NCBI GenBank assembly: GCA_040754455.1
Contig: JBFMCP010000025.1
Span: 1 to 49,909 of the forward strand
Reading direction: 5' to 3'
DNA: 49,909 bases
Source: Nitrospirota bacterium
GTDB taxonomy: Bacteria > Nitrospirota > Thermodesulfovibrionia > Thermodesulfovibrionales > Dissulfurispiraceae
Below are positions 1-8,577 of this stretch, piece by piece. The number at the start of each line of letters is the position of its first letter. Positions within the stretch are counted from its first letter, which is position 1. Position numbers and translations under genes: made by a program. The notes under the pieces were generated by a model. The model was not told the origin of the DNA. It saw only the letters and a program-made list of their open reading frames with translations, and did not search any database.

Positions 1-2
1 AT

Positions 3-791
3 TTAGAAAAATGGGCAGTGTTTGTGAACGATACCACTGTCTGGGGTAAACTCTCCATTACGCCGGGCATTCGCTATGATTTCACAAATACAAATGGTGA
101 TTTTACAAGTCCGAGCCTCGGGCTTACATATACACTGAATCCCAAAACCTTATTGAGGGCGTACATTGCGAGGGGGTTCCATATCCCCGCTTTCGACAAA
201 ACGTTTGTAGATATTTTTGGCTTTGATCCCAACCCAGACCTCAATGTTGAAAAGGTCTGGTCTTACCAGGGAGGAGTAGAGACCTCTCCTTTTGATCACC
301 TCTGGCTGAAGTTCTCGCTGTTCATGCACGATATCAAGGATGTCGTTACACAGGTGGGGTCTACTTTTGGGAATAAAGGGAAGCAGAGGAGGCAGGGGAT
401 GGAGATAGAGGTAAAGACTGTTCCTGTGTATAATACTTCTCTCTCCGCTGGTGCAACGTTTATTCGTGCAAAAGACTTGGATGACGAGACGGTCTTAAGA
501 AATACTCCCCGGTATACCTATGACATCGGTCTCACCTATGATGACCATAAATCATTGAGAGCGCTCCTGAAGGGCCGCTATATTTGGTGGAATGCAGATT
601 CGTCTAAAGGGGGCAGATACGACGCCTTCATCTTCGATTTCAGCATAAGCAAGATCATATTAAAAGGAAATGACCACACATTTGAAATCATCGCAGCTGC
701 GCATAATATATTCAACGGCGCTCAGCATCTAGCAGGAACATCAAAGAACCCGGGAAGATGGATCGAGGGCGGCATCAGATATACGTTCTAA
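3..791 (+). CDS. TonB-dependent outer-membrane receptor, C-terminal part (5' end outside window)
   Basis: Frame is open from position 3. Alternating beta-strand pattern, PGIRYD, LRAYIARGFHIP and NPDLNVEK (TBDR barrel motifs), and a C-terminal Phe (GGIRYTF). Confidence 0.9.
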   Translation, partial: LEKWAVFVNDTTVWGKLSITPGIRYDFTNTNGDFTSPSLGLTYTLNPKTLLRAYIARGFHIPAFDKTFVDIFGFDPNPDLNVEKVWSYQGGVETSPFDHLWLKFSLFMHDIKDVVTQVGSTFGNKGKQRRQGMEIEVKTVPVYNTSLSAGATFIRAKDLDDETVLRNTPRYTYDIGLTYDDHKSLRALLKGRYIWWNADSSKGGRYDAFIFDFSISKIILKGNDHTFEIIAAAHNIFNGAQHLAGTSKNPGRWIEGGIRYTF

Positions 792-800
792 TGTGTCTTG

Positions 801-825
801 CCCCTCCTGGGAGGGGAGTATTTTT
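801..825 (+). other. Short GC hairpin upstream of the precursor RBS
   Basis: CCCCTC-CTGG-GAGGGG (801-816) followed by AGTATTTTT. Confidence 0.4.
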
Positions 826-846
826 AAAGAAAGGAGGTATATCGAC

Positions 847-948
847 ATGAAATCACGCATTGTTGTGCTCAACAAGGGAATTGAAAAAGGAAAGCTGGCT
901 GAAGGAGTCTGTTGTGTTTCAGCGTATGTTTTCCTCTGGTGGGCTTAG
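847..948 (+). CDS. 33-aa putative RiPP precursor (geopeptide-like): MKSRIVVLNKGIEKGKLAEGVCCVSAYVFLWWA
   Basis: Strong RBS AAGGAGGT at 831-838, ATG 847, TAG 946-948. Lies between the TBDR and the radical SAM/SPASM gene. Leader-like IVVLNKGIE followed by a CC motif. Below the ORF-track length cutoff. Confidence 0.88.
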   Translation: MKSRIVVLNKGIEKGKLAEGVCCVSAYVFLWWA

Positions 949-964
949 TATTGTATAGGTCATC

Positions 965-997
965 AGAGGGGGAGCGCTAGCACTCCCCCTTTCTTTT
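965..997 (+). terminator. Intrinsic terminator-like hairpin after the precursor gene
   Basis: AGGGGGAG (967-974) pairs with CTCCCCCT (983-990), followed by TTCTTTT. Confidence 0.7.
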
Positions 998-1083
998 CTA
1001 CTTTTAGCAGGAGGGGGGCCTGAAAAGCGCTACACCTTCTCTCTCTTCCCTTTGGGAGCAGGAAGGGGTGCGCAAAAGAAGTT

Positions 1084-2397
1084 ATGTTGTTATCAAGGTA
1101 CTGTTCACTATATCCCTGCCACGGGGACCCGGACTCTTTGATGCTGTTTTCGGCAAAGAGGGGGGCAACTATTCTAATACCCGCATCCATGCTCGACGAC
1201 ATCAGGACCGGTGCGCTTGCTGACGAGGAAAGGGAGACACTCATTGAGCTTGGGTTCCTCACTTCCGATATCGAGGCGGAAAGAGCGGAAATGCTCGGCT
1301 TTATTGATGAGCTGAACGCCCTCCACAAGAGTCTCGATATCACGGTCGTGCTGAACCTCGACTGCAATCTCGCCTGTACCTACTGTTTCGAGGGGAAGCG
1401 AAAGGGGCGCTTCTTCCTCTCTCGTGAGACAGCGAATAGAATCGTTGATTTTATAAAGAGCAGAGACTTTACAGACAAAACGGAAATAAAAGCTACGTTC
1501 TACGGCGGTGAGCCGCTGCTGAGCACCGAACTTATTGCATATATATCAGAGGAACTAAAATCCTTTGCCGAAAGCAAGGGACTGGATTACCGCTTTTCAT
1601 TGGTGACCAATGGGACACTCCTCACGGCAAAGATGGTTGACAGACTGCTCCCACTCGGACTGCATGGGGCAAAGATAACGCTCGACGGTCCTCGAGAACT
1701 GCATGATGCGTTCAGGCCCTTTACGTCGGGCTCGGGCTCGTTCGATGCCATCATCGACAACATCAAGGCAGTGAACGGCAAGGTCAGGATACAGATAGGC
1801 GGCAATTATACCCGTGACAATTACCAGGAGTTCCCCTGTCTCCTCGATTACCTTTCGGAGGAGGGACTCGGCCCTGACAACATTGCCGCAATCAAATTCG
1901 ATCCCGTCATGCGGGAGAGCGAGGAGTTCGCACTGCCTGATTTCAATGACGGCTGCTGCTCGATCAATGAGCCGTGGCTTTTCGGGGCGAGCGTTTTTTT
2001 GCGCAATGAAATTTTAAGAAGGGGATATCGTACCCCAAAGATCGTTCCGTCGCCGTGCATTGTGGAGCTCAGGGACAGCTACGTGGTGAATTACGACGGA
2101 GCGCTCTATAAATGCCCGGGACTCATCGGCAGAGAGCACTACTGTATCGGCACTGTAAAGGACGGCGTCAAGGAGTACCGGCAATCCCATAATCTCGACA
2201 ACTGGAAAAACGAGGAGTGCCTGGGCTGTGTGCACCTCCCGCTCTGCTTCGGCGGCTGCAGGTACATAAAAGTGGTGCACGATGGAACCATGAGCGGCAT
2301 AGATTGCAAGAGGCCCTTTCTCGACGCGGTGCTCGGCGAGCTTGTTTTCCAGGATATAGCCTATGGTAGAGAAGAGGAAAAAGAGGAAAGGAGTTAA
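1084..2397 (+). CDS. Radical SAM/SPASM peptide maturase (geopeptide maturase-like)
   Basis: CNLACTYC (CxxxCxxC), FYGGEPLL, VTNGTLL and a SPASM Cys pattern (C..YKC..CLGCVHLPLCFGGC..C). The ~85-aa N-terminal extension could be an RRE. Adjacent to the Cys-Cys peptide gene. Confidence 0.92.
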   Translation: MLLSRYCSLYPCHGDPDSLMLFSAKRGATILIPASMLDDIRTGALADEERETLIELGFLTSDIEAERAEMLGFIDELNALHKSLDITVVLNLDCNLACTYCFEGKRKGRFFLSRETANRIVDFIKSRDFTDKTEIKATFYGGEPLLSTELIAYISEELKSFAESKGLDYRFSLVTNGTLLTAKMVDRLLPLGLHGAKITLDGPRELHDAFRPFTSGSGSFDAIIDNIKAVNGKVRIQIGGNYTRDNYQEFPCLLDYLSEEGLGPDNIAAIKFDPVMRESEEFALPDFNDGCCSINEPWLFGASVFLRNEILRRGYRTPKIVPSPCIVELRDSYVVNYDGALYKCPGLIGREHYCIGTVKDGVKEYRQSHNLDNWKNEECLGCVHLPLCFGGCRYIKVVHDGTMSGIDCKRPFLDAVLGELVFQDIAYGREEEKEERS

Positions 2398-2431
2398 TCC
2401 GGCGCGGTGATCGTTGCCGGCAGAATAACAA

Positions 2432-3364
2432 TTGATACCGATGAGATGCCATAAGTCTCATACGTGCTCGCGACGTGTACTCCCGATCGCGTTGCTTTTC
2501 GTGTTGCTGCTCTTTTCAGCTTCCGGCGTGCTCGCAGCGGAGATCGTTGTCGTGAAGAGCGGCGGCATCAAGCCCTACAATGAGGCCCTCGAGGGATTCA
2601 AAAGCGCGTATGACTGCGTCATCACGGAAATAAATCTCTCCGATTCGGGAAGACAGGATGTCACCGGCAAGATCGCTGAGCTTGCTCCCGACGCGGTCCT
2701 CGCCATCGGCACCGATGCCTTCAGGGCGGTGCGCTCGATCAAGGACCTTCCGGTCTTTTATACCATGATGCTTCCGTCGGAGTCCCTCGGTTCGTCCTCC
2801 AAAAATGTATCCGGTGTCAGCATGCTCCTCTCTCCTGAGTTGTATCTCGACACTATTGCGGGAATATTCCCCAGTGCACGGCGCGTCGGCCTTATCTACG
2901 ATCCCAGGAACATGGGGGGCTTTGTGCGAGAGGCGATGAAGGTTGCTCAGGCAAAGGGAGTCGAATTGATCGTGAAGGAGGCCAACAGATCGCGAGACGT
3001 GCCGGCAGTGATTGATATGCTGAGGGACAGGATCGACGTCTTCTGGATGCTTCCGGACCCGACGATCATCAATGGAGAGACGGTGAATTACCTGCTCCTC
3101 TTCTCCTTCCAGAATAATATTCCAATCCTTACGTTCTCGAATAAATACGTCGACATGGGAGCGTTGGCAGCACTGAATGTCAACCCTTTTGATCTTGGCG
3201 TTCAAACCGGAGAGATCGCAAGGGCGGTATTGACGGGAAAGAGCAGTAGAAATCCTGTGCGGGTCGATGCACGGAAGGCCTCCCTGACGATCAACAGGAA
3301 AGTGGCCAAGAAGTTGGGCATAAAGATAAACGACGAAATCAGCCAAGAGGTTGAGAACAGATAG
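2432..3364 (+). CDS. Periplasmic ABC-type substrate-binding protein, probably a sensor partner of the downstream kinase (start uncertain, ATG 2441 possible)
   Basis: Signal peptide (LLFVLLLFSASGVLAA), RVGLIYDP, DVFWMLPD and INRKVAKKLGI (ABC_sub_bind-type motifs). No permease or ATPase nearby. Stop overlaps the kinase start. Confidence 0.85.
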   Translation: MIPMRCHKSHTCSRRVLPIALLFVLLLFSASGVLAAEIVVVKSGGIKPYNEALEGFKSAYDCVITEINLSDSGRQDVTGKIAELAPDAVLAIGTDAFRAVRSIKDLPVFYTMMLPSESLGSSSKNVSGVSMLLSPELYLDTIAGIFPSARRVGLIYDPRNMGGFVREAMKVAQAKGVELIVKEANRSRDVPAVIDMLRDRIDVFWMLPDPTIINGETVNYLLLFSFQNNIPILTFSNKYVDMGALAALNVNPFDLGVQTGEIARAVLTGKSSRNPVRVDARKASLTINRKVAKKLGIKINDEISQEVENR

Positions 3365-4971
3365 TGACTACGGGACGTCGGAGGTATCGCTCCTTTCTGG
3401 CTGAATACAAAAAAAGCTTCGGCATCAAAATAATCCGGGCGTTTATAGCGGTTATCGTTATCGTGCTGAGCGCCTTTACCTTCTTCCTTATGTACTATCA
3501 GAGCCAGGGGATCAGAAGGGACCTGGCGAGAGAGGGGAGAATGCTCGCCAGTCTTTTGGCGTACAGCTCGAAGACCGGCGTCTTTGCTGAGAATGCAGAG
3601 CTGCTGAGAGACGTGGTGCAGGGCATTCTGAATCAGAAAGAGGTGGTGTCGGTTTCGGTGTATGCTTATGACGGGAGACCTCTCCTTACGCTCAGAAAAT
3701 CGTCATCTGCACCTTCGCAAAGAGTGGAAAAAAATCTCGAAAAACCGATCATGGCCAAACTCCAGGAAGCGAAATCCTTTGAAATGGTCGAGACCTCCCT
3801 TGCGTTTGAATTCATGAAGCCGGTGGTTATGGAGGTTTTTTCCGACACCGAGGAGGCGCTCTATTACAACCAGGAACACCGGCAGAAGGCAGAGAAAGTC
3901 ATAGGATATGTACAGGTGGTGCTGGATAAACACGTTTTGAACGAGAGGATAAAATCGATTCTCTTTACGAATGCGTTTATAACGCTGATCTTTATTCTTT
4001 CAGGCGCGGTCATTATTTTTATTGCGGTACGGAAGGTAACCAGGCCGCTCGCAAAACTTACTGAGGGGGTCAGGTTGCTGGGCGAGGGTGAGTACATGGG
4101 AGGGGTGCCGGTTGAATCTGAAGATGAAATAGGCAGGCTGGCCGGGGCCTTCAACACCATGTCGGAGAATCTGCTCAAGCGGGAAGAGGAGAAGAAGGCT
4201 TTAGAGGAGCAACTGGTGCAGGCAAAGAAGCTCGAAGCAATAGGCACGCTTGCTAAGGGCATCGCCCACGACTTTAATAACATTCTGACCACTGTCCAGG
4301 GAGCGGTGTACATTTTACAGAAAAGACTCGGCAGTGACAATCCTCTGCAGCAGTATACGGAAAAGATGCGTCATTCTTTAGTGAGGGCGCAGGACCTCGT
4401 ACAGAGCCTCCTTATTTTCAGCAGGGGACAGGTTGTCCGCCCCGAGCCGGTGAATCTCAACAAGCTCGTCGAGATGATAGAGCCCGCCCTCAGGAGTTGT
4501 GCCGGCGATCAGATAAAATGCGTGATTACCCCATCCCATGAGGCGCTTATGGTGATGGCCGACCGGGTACAGATGGAACAGGTCTTCATGAATCTCGCCT
4601 CGAATGCACGGGATGCCATGCCCGAAGGTGGAATGTTGATTATAACGACGGAGATGGTGAGTGTTGATGGAGAAAACGGGTATAATACTATTTTGCTGGC
4701 GCCGGGAAGATACGCTCTTGTCTCTGTCTCCGATACGGGGATGGGCATCAGCGAACGGATCAAGGAGAGGATATTCGAACCCTTTTTTACCACCAAAGAG
4801 GTCGGAAAGGGAACGGGACTCGGTCTTTCCATCGTGTACGGTATTATCGAGCAGCATAAAGGGCGCATCGAGGTGGTCACCGAAGAGGGAAAAGGAACGA
4901 CATTCATGGTCTATCTCCCGCTTTTTGAGGAATACCGGATGGCGGATCGAGGAGCCCAGGAAACCGTTTAA
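3364..4971 (+). CDS. Membrane sensor histidine kinase (periplasmic domain, HAMP, HisKA, HATPase)
   Basis: Two TM segments, HAMP (RPLAKL..DEIGRLAGAFNTM), H-box AHDFNNIL, N-box NLASNARDAM, and G-boxes DTGMGI, FFTTK, GTGLGL. Confidence 0.95.
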   Translation: MTTGRRRYRSFLAEYKKSFGIKIIRAFIAVIVIVLSAFTFFLMYYQSQGIRRDLAREGRMLASLLAYSSKTGVFAENAELLRDVVQGILNQKEVVSVSVYAYDGRPLLTLRKSSSAPSQRVEKNLEKPIMAKLQEAKSFEMVETSLAFEFMKPVVMEVFSDTEEALYYNQEHRQKAEKVIGYVQVVLDKHVLNERIKSILFTNAFITLIFILSGAVIIFIAVRKVTRPLAKLTEGVRLLGEGEYMGGVPVESEDEIGRLAGAFNTMSENLLKREEEKKALEEQLVQAKKLEAIGTLAKGIAHDFNNILTTVQGAVYILQKRLGSDNPLQQYTEKMRHSLVRAQDLVQSLLIFSRGQVVRPEPVNLNKLVEMIEPALRSCAGDQIKCVITPSHEALMVMADRVQMEQVFMNLASNARDAMPEGGMLIITTEMVSVDGENGYNTILLAPGRYALVSVSDTGMGISERIKERIFEPFFTTKEVGKGTGLGLSIVYGIIEQHKGRIEVVTEEGKGTTFMVYLPLFEEYRMADRGAQETV

Positions 4972-4988
4972 GCTGCGGAAAGCATCAA

Positions 4989-6341
4989 GTGAATACTGCA
5001 AAGAAAAAAGTACTGATCGTTGATGATGACAAAAACCTGAGGTCTGTTGTGAGAGATGTGCTCAGCGATGAGGGGTTTTCAGTAGCTGAAGCGCCGGACG
5101 GTGTGAGTGCTCTCAAGATATTTAAAAAAGACCTGCCCGATGCAGTACTCCTCGACCTGAACATGCCTCATATGGGCGGGCTCGAGACCCTCCAGGAGCT
5201 CAAAAAGATAAACAGTCATGTGCCGGTCATCATTCTCACCGCGTACAGTGATATTCCCACTGTTGTGGAGGCTGTCAAGAGAGGCGCCTACGACTTTACA
5301 GTAAAGCCTCCCGATTTCGACCGGCTTATCATCACCGTGAAGCGGGCGGTGGAGCGGCGCGATCTCGAAATGGAGGTCAGGCGGGCTACAACGGCGCTGG
5401 AGTTATCGCTCGAGCAGGTCTTCGGCAGGAGCGACGCCATGAAGACCGTCATCAATCAGATCCGCCAGGTGGCACAGACCGAGTTCTCCGTTATTATCCA
5501 GGGTGAAACCGGCACCGGAAAATCCTTCGTGGCAAATACCATACACAACATGAGCAGGAGGGCCGACAAATCTTTTGTGCGTGTCGATATCGGCCTCATT
5601 CCCGATACGCTCGTCGAAAGCGAGCTCTTCGGCTACCGGAAAGGCGCTTTCACCGGTGCTGAGAAGAACAAGATCGGTTATTTCGAGACGGCAGGCTGCG
5701 GGACCATTTTCATCGATGAGCTCGAGAACATGTCTCCTTACGTGCAGAGCAAGCTGCTCAGTGTTATCGAGAGGAAAAAGGTGTATCCCCTCGGCAGCAC
5801 CGAGTCCGTGGCCGTGGATGTCCGCGTCATTGCCGCAACGAATAAGGATATACAGAGGAGCATGCGTGCGGGAGACTTCAGGGATGACCTCTTCTACCGG
5901 CTCGGAGAATTCATCATTAATCTCCCTCCCCTGAGGCAGCGGGCAGAAGATATTCCCTTCTTTGCGCAGAAATTTCTGCTGGATGCATGCACTGAGCTGA
6001 ACAAACAGATAAAGGGTATGCATGACAGCGCCGTTGAACTCCTGCTCCAGCACACCTGGCCGGGGAATATACGGGAATTGAAAAACGTTATTCGAAGGGC
6101 GGTGCTTTCAGCGGAGAGCGATGTTATTCAGCAGGAGCATATAGAGCTTCTGATCAAGAACCATCATACTGAGGTTCCGGCGTCTCCACTGTCCCTTAAA
6201 GACGAGATCAGGATGCTCGAAAAGAGAAGAATCCGGGAGGCACTGGCCAAAACAGGCGGCAACAAGACAAAGGCAGCCGAGCTGCTCAGGATAAGCTATA
6301 CCAATATTTGTGAAAAGATAAAGGAATACGGCATCGGCTGA
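4989..6341 (+). CDS. Sigma-54-dependent (NtrC-family) response regulator
   Basis: Receiver (VDDD, LLDLNMP), Walker A GETGTGKS, GAFTGA loop, WPGNIREL and a Fis-type HTH. Confidence 0.95.
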   Translation: MNTAKKKVLIVDDDKNLRSVVRDVLSDEGFSVAEAPDGVSALKIFKKDLPDAVLLDLNMPHMGGLETLQELKKINSHVPVIILTAYSDIPTVVEAVKRGAYDFTVKPPDFDRLIITVKRAVERRDLEMEVRRATTALELSLEQVFGRSDAMKTVINQIRQVAQTEFSVIIQGETGTGKSFVANTIHNMSRRADKSFVRVDIGLIPDTLVESELFGYRKGAFTGAEKNKIGYFETAGCGTIFIDELENMSPYVQSKLLSVIERKKVYPLGSTESVAVDVRVIAATNKDIQRSMRAGDFRDDLFYRLGEFIINLPPLRQRAEDIPFFAQKFLLDACTELNKQIKGMHDSAVELLLQHTWPGNIRELKNVIRRAVLSAESDVIQQEHIELLIKNHHTEVPASPLSLKDEIRMLEKRRIREALAKTGGNKTKAAELLRISYTNICEKIKEYGIG

Positions 6342-6344
6342 CGA

Positions 6345-6384
6345 TTATACATAATTTGTATAACACTATACAGATTTTGTATAA
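6345..6384. promoter_or_regulatory. Tandem palindromic enhancer (UAS) for a sigma-54 activator
   Basis: TTATACA-TAATT-TGTATAA (6345-6363) and TATACA-GATTT-TGTATA (6367-6383), centres 21 bp apart, about 80-110 bp upstream of a -24/-12 promoter. Confidence 0.75.
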
Positions 6385-6456
6385 TTCCCCTCTTTCTTCT
6401 CGACCTGTCTCTCTAAATAATCCATCAAAAACAAGTGCATATGATTGAAGAACACC

Positions 6457-6472
6457 TGGCATTTCTCTTGCA
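6457..6472 (+). promoter_or_regulatory. Sigma-54 (-24/-12) promoter
   Basis: TGGCATTTCTCTTGCA = GG-N10-GC with TGGCA/TTGCA consensus flanks. Confidence 0.8.
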
Positions 6473-6614
6473 ATAATACAGAGTGAATATGATTGAGAAG
6501 AGATTATATTTTTATGGTCCCGTACGATCTCGATACCTTCGGAACAGGAGTGGAGACTCAAAGACAGTGCACCTCATGAAAGACAATACGACTACGGCGT
6601 TACGGGGGAGCTTG

Positions 6615-6875
6615 ATGAGATTTCAGGTTGCGGTTATCGAAAAGAAAGGAGTTGCTTGTGCTGTTGCAATCGTCAACAAATCCATCATTGATAACAGGTT
6701 CGAGGCGGGGATGGCTATGCAGTCATTGAACAGCGTGCTTCCTGACAAGCATATCATCCTCATGGCATATGACAACGGAGGAACACCGACCTACTATGGA
6801 CGCAGCGACATCGTACAATCACTCGCTGCGACCCCGCTCAGTGACCTGTCCTGGAGGGAGTACCATATCGAGTAG
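6615..6875 (+). CDS. Small hypothetical protein (86 aa, MRFQVAVIEKKG...), probable target of the sigma-54 promoter
   Basis: RBS GGGGGAG at 6604-6610 before ATG 6615. The ORF-track start (6483) coincides with the predicted transcription start and is unlikely. Confidence 0.7.
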   Translation: MRFQVAVIEKKGVACAVAIVNKSIIDNRFEAGMAMQSLNSVLPDKHIILMAYDNGGTPTYYGRSDIVQSLAATPLSDLSWREYHIE

Positions 6876-7001
6876 CCTTGTAGGGCAGGGGCCCGGCCGG
6901 GTTCCTTATAGATATGTTCGTTACAGGCCCGGGGGAAAACTCGAGAGATCAAGGTTCACTATTAATAGATGATTCGTCGTGGCAGCAGAGAGTTGGGGGA
7001 G

Positions 7002-7064
7002 TGGGACGGATTCACCTTAACGTGCTCGTACGAGCTGGGGGGAAAGTTAAAGTGAACCGTCCCA
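7002..7064. repeat. Nested inverted repeat (REP/MITE-like)
   Basis: TGGGACGGATTCACCTTAAC (7002-7021) is nearly complementary to GTTAAAGTGAACCGTCCCA (7046-7064). Internal palindrome GCTCGTACGAGC (7024-7035). Confidence 0.5.
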
Positions 7065-7246
7065 TTTATTTTATAATGCTTTCAGCGGTATATTGTCAAA
7101 TGGTTAATGAAAAAAACCGGAGCAGAAAGAGCCTTGTAATCAAAATCTTACAATAAAAACAATCCCTTATCGATTTTTTGGCGCCTGACGTGCCTGCCTG
7201 CGATCGAGTAAAACCTGTCGACCTCTTAGCGATAGAGCCCTGCACC

Positions 7247-7284
7247 TTCACGGATGTGCTTTTCCATGCTATGGTTTAAGAAAG
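7247..7284 (+). promoter_or_regulatory. Putative promoter (shared motif)
   Basis: TTCACG-17 nt (ending TGC)-TATGGT-TTAAGAAAG upstream of the 7303 ORF. Confidence 0.45.
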
Positions 7285-7302
7285 AAGCAAAGGAGGCTGC
7301 TT

Positions 7303-7437
7303 ATGACTATGCACGTATCGCTGCAGCCGCTCATTGCGCTGATTGCGGGGATATTGATTCTCGTCATGCCGCGGCTGCTCAACTATATTGTTGCCGTATA
7401 CCTGATCATCATAGGGGTCCTGGGACTGATACGCTGA
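7303..7437 (+). CDS. DUF3096-like small membrane protein (44 aa)
   Basis: RBS AGGAGG. MTMHVSLQPLIALIAGILILVMPRLLNYIVAVYLIIIGVLGLIR contains the characteristic PRLLNYIVA. Not in the ORF track. Confidence 0.85.
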   Translation: MTMHVSLQPLIALIAGILILVMPRLLNYIVAVYLIIIGVLGLIR

Positions 7438-8577
7438 CTATCCTCTCTCGGCATGGACCAACTCGATAATCGTCACCTCGGGAGGGGCCAGAAAACGGAT
7501 CGGCGGTCCCCATGTGCCCGATCCTCTGCTCACATAGAGGTGGGCATGCCACGGCAGCCGTGAATATCCCGCGTGCACCGGATAGTAAAGATAGGTCAGG
7601 ATGCTAAAAGGGAATATTTGCCCCTTATGAACATGCCCTGAAAGCTGCAGATCAAATAAGGGGAGTGCATCCTGATCGAGGAGTGGCCGGTGTTTGAGGA
7701 ACAGGGTGAACTTTTCTTTCGGAAGACCTGAAAGCAACTCTCTGTCGGATATTTCCTTATAAGTTTTAAAAGCCTTTCCCGCAGTGTCGTCGACGCCGGC
7801 AATATTGATAATTCCTGAAAAGGCCTCTCCCCTCAGGATCACAAACCCTGCGTCTCTGGTAAAGGCGAGCGCCTGATCGAGTCCGGCATAGAACTCATGG
7901 TTTCCGGTAATGGCGAATTTCCCGTAGCGGGGATTGACGGCCCTGAGCATTCCGGCAAGCCCGTTCATCTTTGCGAGCTGCCCGTCCACCAGGTCGCCTG
8001 TGGAAATGAATATATCGGGATTCGCTTTTTTTACTTCGTCGAGTATCCTGCCCAGCCGATCCTCTCTGACGATGAGGCCGAGGTGGACATCTGATATCTG
8101 GGCTATGGTGAGTCTGCCGATGTCCTTCGGAATCTTCGGTGTTCTGATAACGATTCTTTCAGTGCGGATATTTTTTGCCTCGAAATAGCCGTAGCATGCG
8201 ATTGCCAGAGAGAGAAGAAGGGGAATCATAAAGGACAATGTTCCCGATGGCATGAGAGGGGAAATATCCTTGCGCATAATGAAGCCCCCCGCGCTCACGA
8301 GGAGCCGAGAGGCATCGATAACCATCGAAGCGGAACAGAAGAGAAACAGGACGCCCATCCATGTGTACCCCACATACGCCATTATCTGTGCAAATGTCTC
8401 GTGGCCCTGTTTTTCGGATAGGCGAATGATAACCGGGGCCGCAATCATTATCAGCATGAAGAGCAATAAAAGTGCCGTTGCAGCGGCTGACAGCGTGAAC
8501 GCCGCCCTGATTTTCAGAAAGGCGTAGAAGTGAAGCCCTGCATAGAGTACAAAGAAGGTGAGCAGGAAAAGTCTCAT
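7438..8577 (-). CDS. Membrane-anchored metallophosphoesterase (YkuE/YaeI-like)
   Basis: N-terminal TMs plus SDVHLG, TGDLVD, TGNHEFY and LSGHVH motifs. Confidence 0.92.
   Translation of the reverse strand: MRLFLLTFFVLYAGLHFYAFLKIRAAFTLSAAATALLLLFMLIMIAAPVIIRLSEKQGHETFAQIMAYVGYTWMGVLFLFCSASMVIDASRLLVSAGGFIMRKDISPLMPSGTLSFMIPLLLSLAIACYGYFEAKNIRTERIVIRTPKIPKDIGRLTIAQISDVHLGLIVREDRLGRILDEVKKANPDIFISTGDLVDGQLAKMNGLAGMLRAVNPRYGKFAITGNHEFYAGLDQALAFTRDAGFVILRGEAFSGIINIAGVDDTAGKAFKTYKEISDRELLSGLPKEKFTLFLKHRPLLDQDALPLFDLQLSGHVHKGQIFPFSILTYLYYPVHAGYSRLPWHAHLYVSRGSGTWGPPIRFLAPPEVTIIELVHAERG

Noticed and set aside
6500..6612. Leader of the 6615 ORF as a GEMM-type riboswitch (GGAGACTCAAAGAC resembles GGGACGCAAAGC)
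   Set aside because: P2/P3 stems and the tetraloop-receptor could not be built convincingly; needs an Infernal/Rfam scan.
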